This document shows, piece after piece, positions 1 through 13,155 of a stretch of 64,000 nucleotides of DNA. Made by a program: the position numbers and the translations under genes. The stretch is from Octopus bimaculoides (Eukaryota): NCBI RefSeq assembly GCF_001194135.2, contig NC_068992.1, positions 30,688,056-30,752,055 on the forward strand, read 5' to 3'. A model generated the notes under the pieces. It saw nothing but the letters and a program-made list of their open reading frames with translations, did no database searches and was not told the origin of the DNA. Each line of letters starts with the position of its first letter. Positions within the stretch are counted from its first letter, which is position 1.

Positions 1-136
1 ATTTCTTTAGAGATTTATTATTGTAAAGGACTTACCTTGGATACATATTCAGAAAAGACGAGGAAAAATAATATTAAAATAATAATATTAAAATAATAAA
101 CATTATTATCACTACTATTATTGTTTTTGTTGTTGC

Positions 137-492
137 GTGAGAAAGCAGCGCACGCCATCAATGCCCAAAATACCCATTATGCCTACCCGTCTGATAAAGA
201 TACACCAGCCACATGCATCACAAACACATGTGCGTAACATGGTGATCTCATATCAAGATGGACAGTACATGGCCGTGCAGGTGGAGCCCAGTTAGAATTT
301 CCTACTGATCGTGTAGCCCATCACGCTCAAAATACCTCTGAATAGTTAAAAGAAGTTGAACGAAACACATATTTCCAGATGTGAATTCCTCGCCACATAA
401 GGCCAACTACATCTGCTTGTGATCAGAGATGCACATATCGTCAGTCATTAAGGAACATACTGTAATGGTTAAGGTCAAGCAACTGAAAAATT
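137..492 (-). mobile_element. Non-coding interspersed repeat (candidate non-autonomous retroposon) flanked by TTA/TTG arrays, copy 1
   Basis: Shares blocks with 33437-33832 (GTGAGA[A/G]AGCAGCGCA, AGTTAGAATTT, GTTGAACGAAACAC, GTGATCAGA[G/A]ATGCACATAT, GGTCAA). Both copies share the same left end next to a TTR array. Orientation inferred from the fixed versus variable end. Confidence 0.7.
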
Positions 493-493
493 C

Positions 494-523
494 TATTATT
501 ATTATTGTTAATATTATCATTAA

Positions 524-608
<85 letters not shown>
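494..608. repeat. (ATT)n microsatellite; 3' tail/target of the R4 fragment at 609-1079
   Basis: Direct reading of the sequence. Confidence 0.97.
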
Positions 609-609
<1 letters not shown>

Positions 610-1078
610 CTTCGTAACACAGTGTAGGTTAAAATGCACCGGAGTCTTTAATCATCTGTCAAGTCACAACAAGGACCTCAAACATAATTCTTTCCTTAAG
701 ATGTGCGCTGTGCCCAATAAGGATGCTTTTTGCAAAACATCAGTCTTGCATAGGATTTCCAGTTGCTTTAAGAAGTCATGAAGTTTAATTGGGGTTGTCT
801 CTCTTTTTCAATCTGACAATATCCTGCCACGGTTTTCGATTACGTGATCCACCTGAAAATCATAGTCCCAGAGTATTGTTACCTTTCCATCCTCCTGCAT
901 AACTTTACTTTGTACACGTTCATACCAGTTCTCTGTAAATTTATATTGGTATTTCCAGCATTAGCCAACAATGATACACGTATTTTATGGTGGTGGCGCT
1001 TGTGTTCTTTTTGTGCAAGGCTCTCACATCCACTTACCAAGTGGTTCACATTTTCCACACACTTTCCAGAGTTTGTAC

Positions 1079-1079
<1 letters not shown>
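609..1079 (-). mobile_element. 5'-truncated R4/Dong-clade retrotransposon 3' end (CCHC knuckle + part of REL endonuclease), same family as 40240-42623
   Basis: Minus-strand frames, with frameshifts, give ..CGKSVENVNHLVSGCESLAQKEHKRHH.., ..ENWYERVQSKVMQEDGKVTILWDYDFQVDHVIE.. and ..LLGTAHILRK... It matches 41985-42623, including the terminus GTGTTACGAAG, and lacks an internal segment present in that copy. Confidence 0.88.
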
Positions 1080-1141
<62 letters not shown>

Positions 1142-1175
1142 GTTGTTGTTGTTGTTATTATTATTATTATTATTT

Positions 1176-1228
<53 letters not shown>

Positions 1229-1272
1229 ATTATTATTATCATATTGATGATGAGGATGATGACAATGATGAC
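1080..1272. repeat. Compound (TAT)n/(TGT)n/(GAT)n microsatellite
   Basis: Direct reading. Confidence 0.95.
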
Positions 1273-3013
1273 AATTGAAATTTGGTGCTATGTCAACATT
1301 AAGCAGAATGTATGGCCACTCATATCGTTTTCCATATCTCGACGTAGTAAAAGGGAACGGTTGCTTATTTCGAGGCTGTTGAAATAAAACCCAATAAGCA
1401 AACAATAGTACACTATCTGTGGATGATGTGCTTGAAAAGGTCGAACGTATGTAATTAGATAGTTAAATGCTCTTCAGAGATTAGCATTCTCTCATTTGGA
1501 CTTTCACATTTTGGACCAGAATTATTATTTTTGTCTTTCAATAGTAAATGTTATTTCCTATTTTCTTCTGTCTTGAAATCAATGGAGATAATTACTATTC
1601 CCTTCAGACTATGCCTTTGTGATCTGGGCATCAACATTTTGAAACTGACCCACTTTCCATTGTATTTCGGACAGATTCAGCCTGAATTCCTTTATATAGC
1701 AAATATTGTGTCCAGTACCTCAGATTTACTTGTCAGTTGCTTGACCTTAACAACATGAGCATGCACCGTAAATAAATGTATAGTCAGCATGGCTGATTAT
1801 ACATATATTCCTTATCCTGAGCAGGAGTAGTGGGAGAGTTTCATAACCATGTGTTGAATAAATGTAATGAAACAAAGTTTGAAGGAAATATTAGCCACAT
1901 TTCATAATTCTAGGAAATAGGAAACAGAACCCAAATACAAACTGTTTCAATGAAACAGAGGGAAGAAATCAAAAGTTGTACGTTAACCTTGAAAAAGGAA
2001 GTTAGTAATTATATACCTGTTTGCATACGAGTCAGTATCGGTAAATCACACATAATTCTATGCACAGTATAATTTATATCGCCACTGATTAAATCACAGA
2101 GCAAAACGCCAGATCAAATGGATAATCATTTCTAGAATAAAACTCATGAAAGAAAAATCGCATTAGTTTAAAAAAAATTTAACTAGCAAAGAAACCATGA
2201 AACATTCTTTTTCACATTAGTAACAGTTATTAACCTACTCAGGAAACTATCATTGAAGACATAGTCTGATTTCAGATAAGATAGCTCTAAATTAAAGATG
2301 CGGTTAATTCACCAGCGTTGGGAGTTACAATTATGTGAACTTACATCAACGAGAATACGTGATAATGACTCTCCAACTGTGTGATAATTATTCTCCACTA
2401 CTCGACAGTTTTCTTTATAATTATATCGAATTCCATTGAATTATACCACGGCCGTAATGTGTTGTTTAAAGAAAGTGATATGTTGTCATTTTGATGAAAT
2501 GCGAAGTTAATTAAAATAGAGACGACATCACCGAATCAGCAATTCCCTATTCATTGGCAATAGTTTTTTTTATTTGCAAGTCAACCTTCGTTTAGGAGAG
2601 CTAAGGTGAAGAGCATTCATGTATAATATATTTCTGCATGCGAAATGTTTTCTAAAGTGTAGATGGCAGGAAGCAACAAGGAGTTCCTTGGGTCATTTCA
2701 CTCCTTGAGGAATCACCTAGTGGCTTTTTGGATGCTCATGGAAATATTTAATCGTTTTTTTTCCTTGATATTCATTGACTCTTTTCTTGATAACTGTAGT
2801 CTATCTTCACTAATTGCATTCCTTATATTCTAACAGATGTTGGATAAAATGCTGTGATATTCGCATCACTTCGATATTCTTCAATTTCTACTGTTCACAT
2901 CTCATTCTTTTTTCAGTGTCAGGTTAACGCCTTCATTCACTCTATGCCTCTCAAGCACACTACATCAATTTAATGATATTGTCTTTCACTTAAACAGAAA
3001 CAACATAAGATTC

Positions 3014-3168
3014 AACACACACACACACACATACACACACACACACACACACACAAACACACAAACACACACACACATACACACACACACACACACACAC
3101 AGCCNNNNNNNNNNNNNNNNNNNNNNNNNNNNNNNNNNNNNNNNNNNNNNNNNNNNNNNNNNNNNNNN

Positions 3169-3208
<40 letters not shown>
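3014..3208. repeat. (CA)n, N-gap (3105-3168), (TA)n
   Basis: Direct reading. Confidence 0.95.
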
Positions 3209-3212
<4 letters not shown>

Positions 3213-3817
3213 GTGCACATATAGTTTAAATGAATATTTCATACTATAAAAACAGCGAAAATTGTGTTAGAATTAATATTAAAGACAATATCAATATTGG
3301 TAGAGAAACAAAGTTGTTGCTCTTGACCCTAATAAAACTTTTGGTCATACTTTTTGAACACTGAATGGGCAAATTTTAAAATAAACTTCAGGTTGTTTTG
3401 TTATAGAAATATTTTAAAAAGAAAAAACTTATTACTGAAGTAATTTCTTAAACGCACTAGTTTTCTGATAATCATAGATAAAAAGGTATTTTGTTCAAGT
3501 TGATGCCCATCTGTTGTGTGTATTACTGTTGCATCTACGTTTTTAACATACAAACTTGCATTTCAAGAGCGAGAGGGTATTTCATTTTCGTCAAATATTA
3601 CATTTTCTTCGAAGCCTAGCAATTTTGGACAACTGCAAAAGCTAGTGTGTAAGACTAACAATATTATGCAGCACTTAGCACAAGGTAGAAATAAATTAAT
3701 AGACGCTACTTAATGTAGCAGTTACCAATTGTTGTTTTCATGATAATTTTTTTTACCATATATTAGATATCATAGTAGGTTCATTCAGTAGCATTAATGA
3801 TATGTATTTCTTACATA

Positions 3818-4022
3818 AGGGGGCAAGCTGGCAGAATATTTACCATCGGAGTAAAATGTTGAGCAGCATTTTGCCCGTCTCAACTTTCAGAGTTAAAATT
3901 CCGAAGAGGTCGACTTTGATGTTCAACCTTTCGAGGTCGATGAGTCCTGGGCTCAATGTAATTGACATACTCACTTCCCCGAAATTGCTGGTTTTCTGGT
4001 GAAATTTGAAACCGGTATTTAT
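3818..4022 (+). mobile_element. tRNA-derived SINE family 1 (GGCGGCGAGCTGGCAGAA.../GAGGTCGACTTTGCC type), diverged copy
   Basis: GGCAAGCTGGCAGAAT head, AGTTAAAATTCCGAAGAGGTCGACTTTG core, and TTCCCCGAAATTGCTGG tail. Similar to copies at 35482, 47116 and 63588. Confidence 0.8.
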
Positions 4023-4031
4023 TTGTGATAT

Positions 4032-4245
4032 AAGGTGACGAGCTTGCAGAATCCTTACCTCATCTGGCAAAATGCTAAGCAGTATTTCGTGCGGCGCTTC
4101 GTACTGTGTTCAAATTCAACAACGGTCAAATTTGCCTTTCATTCTTTCGGGTCGTTAAATTAAAAGTTGAACACTGGACTTGACTTAACTCACTAATACC
4201 CTCCCCACAAATTGTTGGCGTTGTTCCAAAACGTGAAATCAAATA
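4032..4245 (+). mobile_element. tRNA-derived SINE family 1, second tandem copy
   Basis: GGTGACGAGCTTGCAGAATCC head, GTTCAAATTC B-box-like motif, TTTGCCTTTCATTCTTTCGGGTCG core. Confidence 0.78.
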
Positions 4246-4249
4246 TACA

Positions 4250-4511
4250 TTTCTTATATTGTCAGAGGGAGATGCATTTCTCTTGGGTGTTCAGGCGATT
4301 AAAGCAGATTATTTAAGACAGGCTATTTAAATAAAAATGAATTGTAAAACTATATCGAACCGAGTGCATTTTCACCATTACAGGTTTGATGAATTAAGTA
4401 GCGGTCTAATATTCTGGTCGATTTAAAATGCGCCATTCATCTAATTTGTCTGGCTCTGTGCCAATAAAAAAAAAACAACATTATTATTAAAAACTTTTTT
4501 GCCACCCTGTA
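4250..4511. mobile_element. Possible right end of a Tc1/mariner DNA transposon
   Basis: Ends in AAAACTTTTTTGCCACCCTGTA, whose reverse complement TACAGGGTGGCAAAAAAG resembles a Tc1-type TIR plus TA. No partner TIR found. Confidence 0.35.
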
Positions 4512-5655
4512 CAACGCCTGCCGAGACATAATGTATGAGTTATAGAAAGACAAAGCAACTAAATGCTTTGAACTCGGTTTGTGCTAATTTTTCGTAGAAT
4601 ATTGAACATTATTATACATCACGAATATACATTGTTTAACTATATGATTTGTTACATACTCGGTATCGAATATAATAAAATTTGTTGAAGTTGTGTTTTA
4701 CATAAAAACTTAATACAAACGTAATGCTGCATGTAAGCATAAACTTAGAATTGAATAATGGGATGCATAATGTTATATTAAATATTGATTTGTAAGTGGC
4801 TATATATATAAAATTACTAAGTAGCTTATGAATATATTTTCAAATATATCGAGAAAACAACCGTTTATCGTATGCTGTGTAAATTTACGAGTATCCTGGA
4901 AACGTACACAATTTGAGAGAATTCATCAAAGAAAGTTTGTGCGAGAAATCAGTAATATTTTAAAACCTCTTGGGATCATGGTGCCTTAAAGAGTTTCCTA
5001 AGTTTATTTTTTTCTTACTTAGCCTTATTTATTTTATAACAACGTAGTTTTCGTTTTAAGCTGATGTAACTTTCCACTTCCGATATGTTGATTTTTATGC
5101 ATATTTATATTAAAATCATTTTATTGAAGTATTTTATCCAGGAATACACGAATGTAAATAAACATTATATACATCTGTTTGTCTCAGAGTGCGATTACTG
5201 GTCGATTTTCCTGAATTATGTGTTCTATGTTAAGTGATAAATCACAATGTACGTTTACATTGACTATTTCAATACAAGTTCTGGTTAGAGAACATGTCAT
5301 TTCGTGTCTGTTGTTTTTATTTCGTTATAGATGTGTGTTTGCATATGTGCTACTGTATGCAATGGCTACAGTCGAGAGCTTGAAATGACATAATCTGATG
5401 TCATAGAATTAGTAGTATAAACTAAATTTGGGGATCTTCACCGTTTTTTAATAAACTCATGTAAACAAGTTTTAATAAGAGCATAAATAGGAATTTATTC
5501 TGACTATGATTTCTCGCTGTAGAATTTCAGGAATTAGTGATATTTCGCCAATATCACGAATATATTGTGATCTATATGTGTTCTATAAATCAGATTAAAT
5601 ATAAATAGATTTTACACTCAATTTTGTATGGCATATATATATATATATATATATA

Positions 5656-6223
5656 NNNNNNNNNNNNNNNNNNNNNNNNNNNNNNNNNNNNNNNNNNNNN
5701 NNNNNNNNNNNNNNNNNNNNNNNNNNNNNNNNNNNNNNNNNNNNNNNNNNNNNNNNNNNNNNNNNNNNNNNNNNNNNNNNNNNNNNNNNNNNNNNNNNNN
5801 NNNNNNNNNNNNNNNNNNNNNNNNNNNNNNNNNNNNNNNNNNNNNNNNNNNNNNNNNNNNNNNNNNNNNNNNNNNNNNNNNNNNNNNNNNNNNNNNNNNN
5901 NNNNNNNNNNNNNNNNNNNNNNNNNNNNNNNNNNNNNNNNNNNNNNNNNNNNNNNNNNNNNNNNNNNNNNNNNNNNNNNNNNNNNNNNNNNNNNNNNNNN
6001 NNNNNNNNNNNNNNNNNNNNNNNNNNNNNNNNNNNNNNNNNNNNNNNNNNNNNNNNNNNNNNNNNNNNNNNNNNNNNNNNNNNNNNNNNNNNNNNNNNNN
6101 NNNNNNNNNNNNNNNNNNNNNNNNNNNNNNNNNNNNNNNNNNNNNNNNNNNNNNNNNNNNNNNNNNNNNNNNNNNNNNNNNNNNNNNNNNNNNNNNNNNN
6201 NNNNNNNNNNNNNNNNNNNNNNN
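5656..6223. other. Assembly gap flanked by (TA)n
   Basis: N-run. Confidence 0.99.
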
Positions 6224-6257
<34 letters not shown>

Positions 6258-7286
6258 GAGAGAGAGAGAAAGAGATGTATATATATATATATACATGCAT
6301 ACGTAGTGACATTCATGCATATACATGCACTTCTTTGTGAAATAGGTTTTGAATACAAGAGTTAAAGTGAATTTAGTTTCCTTAAACCTTTTAATTTGTA
6401 GCAAGCACTTGATTTAGCTTAGTGAAAAATTGTCTTATGTTCATCTTATTTACTGTAGATTTTGCTAACTCTTTCACAGACAAAATTAATGGGAGAAAAA
6501 ATGTTTATCAATTAATAAGAAAGTATTTTCACACAGAGACCGCCTTGAATCCATCCGTATAATATAAGTCCACAGAAAACGTTATATATTTAGACTGTAG
6601 TCGAAATAGTTGGATATATTCCATATCAAAGATTTGGCTTCCTCTCCGAAATATACGTCTGTATCTTTCTTCTGTTTAAAGTGATATTTATTTTCTTTCA
6701 GTGTTTGGTTGACTGCTAGCGGACATTTGTTGTTGCGGGAATTATAAACAAGCAGCGATATATCTCTCCTTACGAAAACTACTTAAATCGATGATACATA
6801 TCTTGAACTTTAACTCCGTGAGCGGTTTATTTTCCTCGTCGATGGGCTTTGAAAAGACTTTAATATAACAACTAACTGATTACAGAGTAGATAACTTCAA
6901 TTGAATCTAAGAAGATATACATAACATGTTATGAGATAGAACAAGAGAAGAGCTATTCGAAGTGAGATGGAATTAAAATCAGTTAATTTCAAAATCATAA
7001 ACATCCAAACTTTCTTTTCCTTTTCCTCACAATATTCTAAACAACAGTAATTCTCGCTCGAGAGAGTATCTTACTGTGATCAAGAAAATTACGTGCAAGC
7101 TATGTTTTTCACTGTTGGATATCGGTTATTTTATTTTTAGTCAAATGATATATTATGTAGAAATGTCGACAGAACAGCGTTTCCAATTCTGTCATAGTCC
7201 CAAATTACTATCTATTAAAATACAGAGCTTTCACGAAAGTCTTTCCTGAAATATATTCGGGAAGTTTCGAAATATATATATATATT

Positions 7287-7317
<31 letters not shown>

Positions 7318-7717
7318 CATTTTATGAGATGTTAAGGAGTATTGCATAGCTGCCATTGGCTAATTCACTCTCCCCGAATGCTTAAGACTATAAAACAGGA
7401 ATAATTGTTCTTCTAGGCTTGCATTAAATGAATATTATATATGATGTCTGAGTGTTATCGCTTCGCTGGATTTAAAAATTGCTAAATTGAGTGTGAAAAG
7501 AAATACGGAGAAATAAAATGTTACAACGTTTAATTACATCCCCTTGAAATCTGAGTTCAGCTACCTCAGAGATCGAATTTGCTTTTCATACTTCTAGAAG
7601 CTGAGATCGGCTTATTGGATTTTACCTTATGTTATAAGTATGTGTACGTGTGCCTGTTTGCGTATGTATTTCTGTGCGTGCATATCTTAAAATATAATGT
7701 CAGAAATAAATGTTGCT

Positions 7718-7790
7718 TTCAAGATTTGGACAGCAATTTCGGGGAAAGATATAAAGCGATTAGATCGACCCCAGTGCTATTTTATCGACT
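7718..7790 (-). mobile_element. SINE family 1, 3' fragment
   Basis: Reverse complement reads GTCGATAAAATAGCACTGGGGTCGATCTAATCG...TTTCCCCGAAATTGCTG, matching the core and tail of the other copies. Confidence 0.65.
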
Positions 7791-8127
7791 TCGGCATAGT
7801 TGGGAACAGAACCCAAACTGAAACGAAGTCATATTTCAAAATACATATCAAAGAACAAAATAATTCCTTATTTACACGGACTCAAGTGTAAAATTATGTT
7901 ATTTCAGTGGCATTTAGAAAATTCTTTTGGATTAAACTAGAATCGACACCGGATCGCTGTGTTCTTCTTTAAAGAATCCTTACATCATCATTCTGAAAAA
8001 AAAAACATTGTGAACCTATAACTACAACTTCATAACTATCTATTATGAGAATATTTTTTTACCCGTTCTGACACAGATTGTCCCGGAGGTGGGATAAAAA
8101 AGCAGACTGATGAACAACAAACTTGTA

Positions 8128-8184
<57 letters not shown>
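8128..8184. repeat. (TAC)n microsatellite
   Basis: Direct reading. Confidence 0.97.
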
Positions 8185-8880
8185 ATTCTTTGATTCGTCT
8201 TTCTTGTTTGTAATTTCAGTTTGCAGGGGAAGAGTAGATGTAATTTTTTTCCATAGTTAACTATCTACAGTTATATATTACAATGAATCATAGAGTAGAA
8301 AATATATTAACAATTATGAAAATTGTTATCCGAAATATGAAAGAGTTCCAATAATGAAGAAACGAACAATAGAGACTAATGAGCAGACATCAATCTGTCC
8401 TTGTTGTATGAATTGGTCGCAGCCATCAGAGTGTATTGAAGTAAATATCAGAAACAACAAACAGATCTAGAATTGTAATGAGACTAATAAATTGGTCATA
8501 TCTGATAGGATTTCATCTCATTAAACAGACTTTTTAAAGAGTTTTTAAATGAATTTCAGCTGTAGAAATGTTTCTCTCCATTAGAATGATTACCCACATA
8601 CAATATGTCAAATAATACACTAAATAAACATTAAAAAAATGTCCATGATAATTACTACATCGAGAAATGTTATAATCATCACCACCATCGTTGTCGTAAT
8701 CATCATCATCGCCACCATTTTCATCATCAACTTTATTATTATCCATTATAATTTTTTCCTGAATTCATTTAAAAATTTTATAACAATTCAAAGTGACAAT
8801 CATTCAAATAGATTCTTACACACGGATACACACATATACGCATACATACATATATTCTGTTTTACGGCTTTCATTTGCTA

Positions 8881-8948
8881 TATATATGTATATNNNNNNN
8901 NNNNNNNNNNNNNNNNNNNNNNNNNNNNNNNNNNNNNNNNNNNNNNNN

Positions 8949-8990
<42 letters not shown>
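8881..8990. repeat. (TA)n with N-gap 8894-8948
   Basis: Direct reading. Confidence 0.95.
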
Positions 8991-8996
<6 letters not shown>

Positions 8997-10919
8997 TCAC
9001 ACACACATATATATCTACATATATATGTGTGTGTCTGTAAAATATTATATCACGCATATATGAACAGGTGTACTTATACACGTACGCATATATATAGCCA
9101 TACATGTGTTTGTATGTGTCTGTGTATGTTTGCGACCGCGCATATCTGTCTATGTTTGTAGAAACAAATACGACCCAGTCATTCGGAAGTTGGCATCGAG
9201 ATCGTAAGGATTCCACGTGTAATTCTTTGGCGTGGGATCCTTGGCAAATACTATATTCGAACCGTCTTACATCCGGACTATTTTGAGTGAAATTACTAAT
9301 CAATGATTTCCATTAATCCTGTCAGCGCAGGCTATTCCTGAATGAAATCATCTCGCGTCTTAAAGATTATTCTCAGATGATACCCATATTGTTTCCTACG
9401 TTAAGGATAGAGGCAACTCAGTGATTTTTACCCATAATTTAGCTCCTTAAATGAGTAAGCAGAGGCAGTTCAGCTATATAGAGCAACATGGATATATAAC
9501 GAGCAAACCTACGATCATCGCACTTATTTTACTTAATACCGATACATACATCATTATGAGTTTGATACGTATTAATGTACGTATGTATATGTTCATGCTT
9601 GTACGCTTGTACGTCTTTGGATAAGAAGGTACATAATTGTGGAAGATTCAAAATACATAAAATCTAATAAATATATAAATATTGTTAACTGTTTATTTTA
9701 TTCTAGTATGAATACAAGATATATGTTGAGAAAAGCTAACTACTCAGAAGAAAGTACTACTTAAAATCTTTTTATGTTTAAATAATTATACAAATATTCT
9801 TTATTTCATAACATCTAAACTGAGAATCATGATAAAATGTTATATTAATCTGGGAATCCTAGAAGTAAAATCTTGAAATTGTAATTACAACTGTTTGTTT
9901 ATATATATTTACTTGTTTCCAAATAATTTAGTATTAAACATCAAGAAACGTAGTGGTTCTGAAATATATCCTATTATTTTCAATGTTGTAATATATCTTT
10001 GCCAATATATTGTGTTTTACAGCCAACCACTTTGTTTTTGCATATTTTTGTCAGCGTTAAATCGATTGTAAACACTTGAGACCGTAATATAAACAAAACA
10101 CAAACAAAAGAGAATGTACATACACAAATAGTCTGACGCTTGCATGGTCACCTGAGTAAACGAGGTTCGCTCTGCAACCAGGTGATTGTGGTATAGATTT
10201 TATAGTACGGTACATTGAAAGAGAATATCTACTTTTTATTTACGCGAGTCATTTCATAATTTGTAGGTAGAAAATATACATACATACAATCATGCTTACA
10301 TGCATACATGCATAAAAACATACATACATGGATACACATCACAGGCATACACACGCACGTGTGCACACACATGCACACACACACATGCATATATAAATTG
10401 ATCAATCCAAATATGAAAACATGTAAATTCCCATTTATGACAGAACCCAATGTTGAGTACTGATTTTAAACAATGATGTTACCATGCTCTCAGAACGTAC
10501 AACACATTTAATGGTAAAGTGAATATTTGCTAAACACCAACATAAAATTACACACATAATTGTGTGCGCTTGTAGTTATCTTCCCACTAGTCTAAATTCA
10601 GTATCTGCTTATGAGCCCCCACCTTTGATATGCGTAAGTTTTACTAATGGAGAAAGATATCAATTCCTACATTAAAACGTAGATACATATATGATCCGAT
10701 TTAACATCGAAAGTTCTGGGACTGCAAGGTCTAGGCCAGTAACTTACTTTTGTAAGAGAATACAAGATTTTTCATATTAATAGAAATCAATAATAACAGG
10801 TTTCAAATGGTTTCGACCAAGAAACCATCATAATATATAACCACTAAGTCAAGCTCACATCCACCTCTGTATTTGTGAAGCGAGATATTTGATTAAAATA
10901 AGTAATGAATAATGTTTCC

Positions 10920-11015
10920 TCTTCTACCTCCTCCCCTCCTTCTCCTCCTCCTCCTGCTGCTGCTACTATTTACTAATTTGCAGCAGCATCAGTAGTAACA
11001 GTGGCATCATCATCC

Positions 11016-11049
<34 letters not shown>

Positions 11050-11121
11050 CATCATCATCATCATCATCAGCAGCAGCATCAGCAGTATTAGTAGAAGTAG
11101 TATAAGTAGTAGTAGTAGTAA

Positions 11122-11188
<67 letters not shown>
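10920..11188. repeat. Compound trinucleotide array (CCT, CTG, CAT, CAG, AGT)
   Basis: Direct reading. Confidence 0.95.
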
Positions 11189-11189
<1 letters not shown>

Positions 11190-12458
11190 TCTTACAGATA
11201 ATTAGCTATCTATCTGTATGTCTCTCTGTTTCTGTATTTCTGTCTAACTATATAGATTAGGTACAAGATTTATCGGAATCTAGGCATGTCAACACAGGAC
11301 ACCAGAAACTGCTACGAACAAGAACTTAAGCTGCACCGAGAGCCAGTCAGATCTAATGTTTGAATTGCATTCGCTGCTTACATATTTACAGTATCCTATC
11401 AATACCTGATACGTTCATGATTGTTTACTTCAGTATGGATCCTGTATTATCGTACGTACCCTGTTCTGGCGTCCTGAGTTTTGCTGTGAGTAAATTTTAA
11501 TGAATCTTATAACTAATCTATGTATATTGATAGATAAATAGATAGATTGATAGGTATACAGTTACCTGTGAGAGGTGCCTTATAATAAAAGACACCGTCA
11601 AAATGAAAATATCTGTAAATACTACGGGATGCAATCTAGGCGCTATAAGGAAATTTGTGTAGCAAATGTCATGGTCAAGAATTCAAAGAAAAAGGAAACA
11701 AATGACGATATATTTCGCCAGCTGCGATACAAATAAAAAGTAATCAATAACTTAGATTTTGATAATTTTTAAAACTGTTTCGTAGGCAGATTCTTATCCA
11801 AGCTACGAATTTCCGCTCTCTTACTGTATCATCAGATTGTGTTAGAATAAGCAAGAGAATAAAATCAATGGAAATCATGCGCATTATTTTATTACGACGC
11901 CGAATAATAGAGAATTCTGATTGTCACGGATATATAATACAGCAGATACTATCTAATTGATTTGCTGAAGAAGGAATGGGTTACAATATGATATTAGAAT
12001 ATAATATTGCGCTTCAATAGACCAGCGGCATTGTTACCTATTCACCAGTTATTTAATGGCATCATATATAAAAGGGGTATTCATTCCTTAAGATGGCAAA
12101 TCGGGAGCGGAAATGATATTTGTAAAGATTTTATCACTTGGCATATTTCCCAATATGGATATTATCAGAAAACAACAAAACAAATCGCAATGCCTACACA
12201 ACGATGTTGCAAAGAAAATATTAAGAATTTCTGTGGTTAAAACTGTTGGGTGCATTTAATATATTGGCAGTTACCAATTAGAAAAGCAGTTAAAGTACGT
12301 GAAATAATATTTGCATAGAAACGAAATGATAATGAAAGGCACATACACACAGTCTCGCATGTGCACACACTCATATGAATATATATATCTGTATATTTAT
12401 ATCTATATCTATGCATGTCTACATCTATGCATGTCTACATCTATCTATCTCTCCATAT

Positions 12459-12460
<2 letters not shown>

Positions 12461-12509
<49 letters not shown>

Positions 12510-12638
12510 TATATNNNNNNNNNNNNNNNNNNNNNNNNNNNNNNNNNNNNNNNNNNNNNNNNNNNNNNNNNNNNNNNNNNNNNNNNNNNNNNNNNNNNNN
12601 NNNNNNNNNNNNNNNNNNNNNNNNNNNNNNNNNNNNNN
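12461..12638. repeat. (CA)n followed by N-gap 12515-12638
   Basis: Direct reading. Confidence 0.95.
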
Positions 12639-12645
12639 ATATAAG

Positions 12646-13155
12646 CAAATAATAAATGAGTATATGCATATATACGTACAAGTGTGTGCATACCTACGTC
12701 TACCTGTATATATAGGTGCATATCTGGGTACAGGACATTGCAAACAAGACGCAGAAAAAAAATAATAATAACCAGAGTACAGAAAACACACAAGCCACAC
12801 AGAGAACATTTTCCCTCATCAGCTACCCCCGTTTTAACACCGTAGAAGAATAGCTGAGCAACGAGAGAAAGAGAGGAATATAGTAGTAACAGAAGGAAGT
12901 ACGAGGGGGGAAGAGAAAGATATAGTAGTAACAGAAGGAAGAATGAGAGAGATAAAGAGAGATACGTAGTAGTAACAGAGGAAGAACGAGAGGGGGAAAA
13001 CGTAATAGAGAAAGAGATAGATAGCGTCCGAAAATTTAAAGTTGAAATTACTTACAACAGCGGTGACGCTGGCGTTCGGTCATGTAAAAACAAATAATAA
13101 ATGAGTATATGCATATATACGTACAGGTGTGTGCATACCTACGTCTACCTGTATA
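12646..13155 (+). repeat. 65-bp direct repeat (12646-12710 and 13091-13155, one mismatch)
   Basis: CAAATAATAAATGAGTATATGCATATATACGTACA[A/G]GTGTGTGCATACCTACGTCTACCTGTATA occurs twice, each copy next to a gap. Confidence 0.9.
12878..13000 (+). repeat. Purine-rich minisatellite, about 3 units of roughly 42-45 bp containing TAGTAGTAACAGA(A)GGAAG
   Basis: Three spaced occurrences of AGTAGTAACAGA..GGAAG. Confidence 0.8.

Noticed and set aside
429-1405. Long poly-I/Y/L/N ORFs in the track (also near 18 kb, 23.8 kb, 26.5 kb, 37.8 kb, 42.6 kb, 44 kb)
   Set aside because: They are translations of stop-free trinucleotide microsatellites, with no coding signal.
3818-4245. tRNA genes at SINE heads
   Set aside because: A/B-box-like motifs only, no cloverleaf, and they continue into SINE core sequence.
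5590-6404. ORFs of 160-298 aa spanning N-runs (also 13080-14004, 47879-48480, 52690-53202, 57081-57687)
   Set aside because: Their length comes from X residues in assembly gaps.
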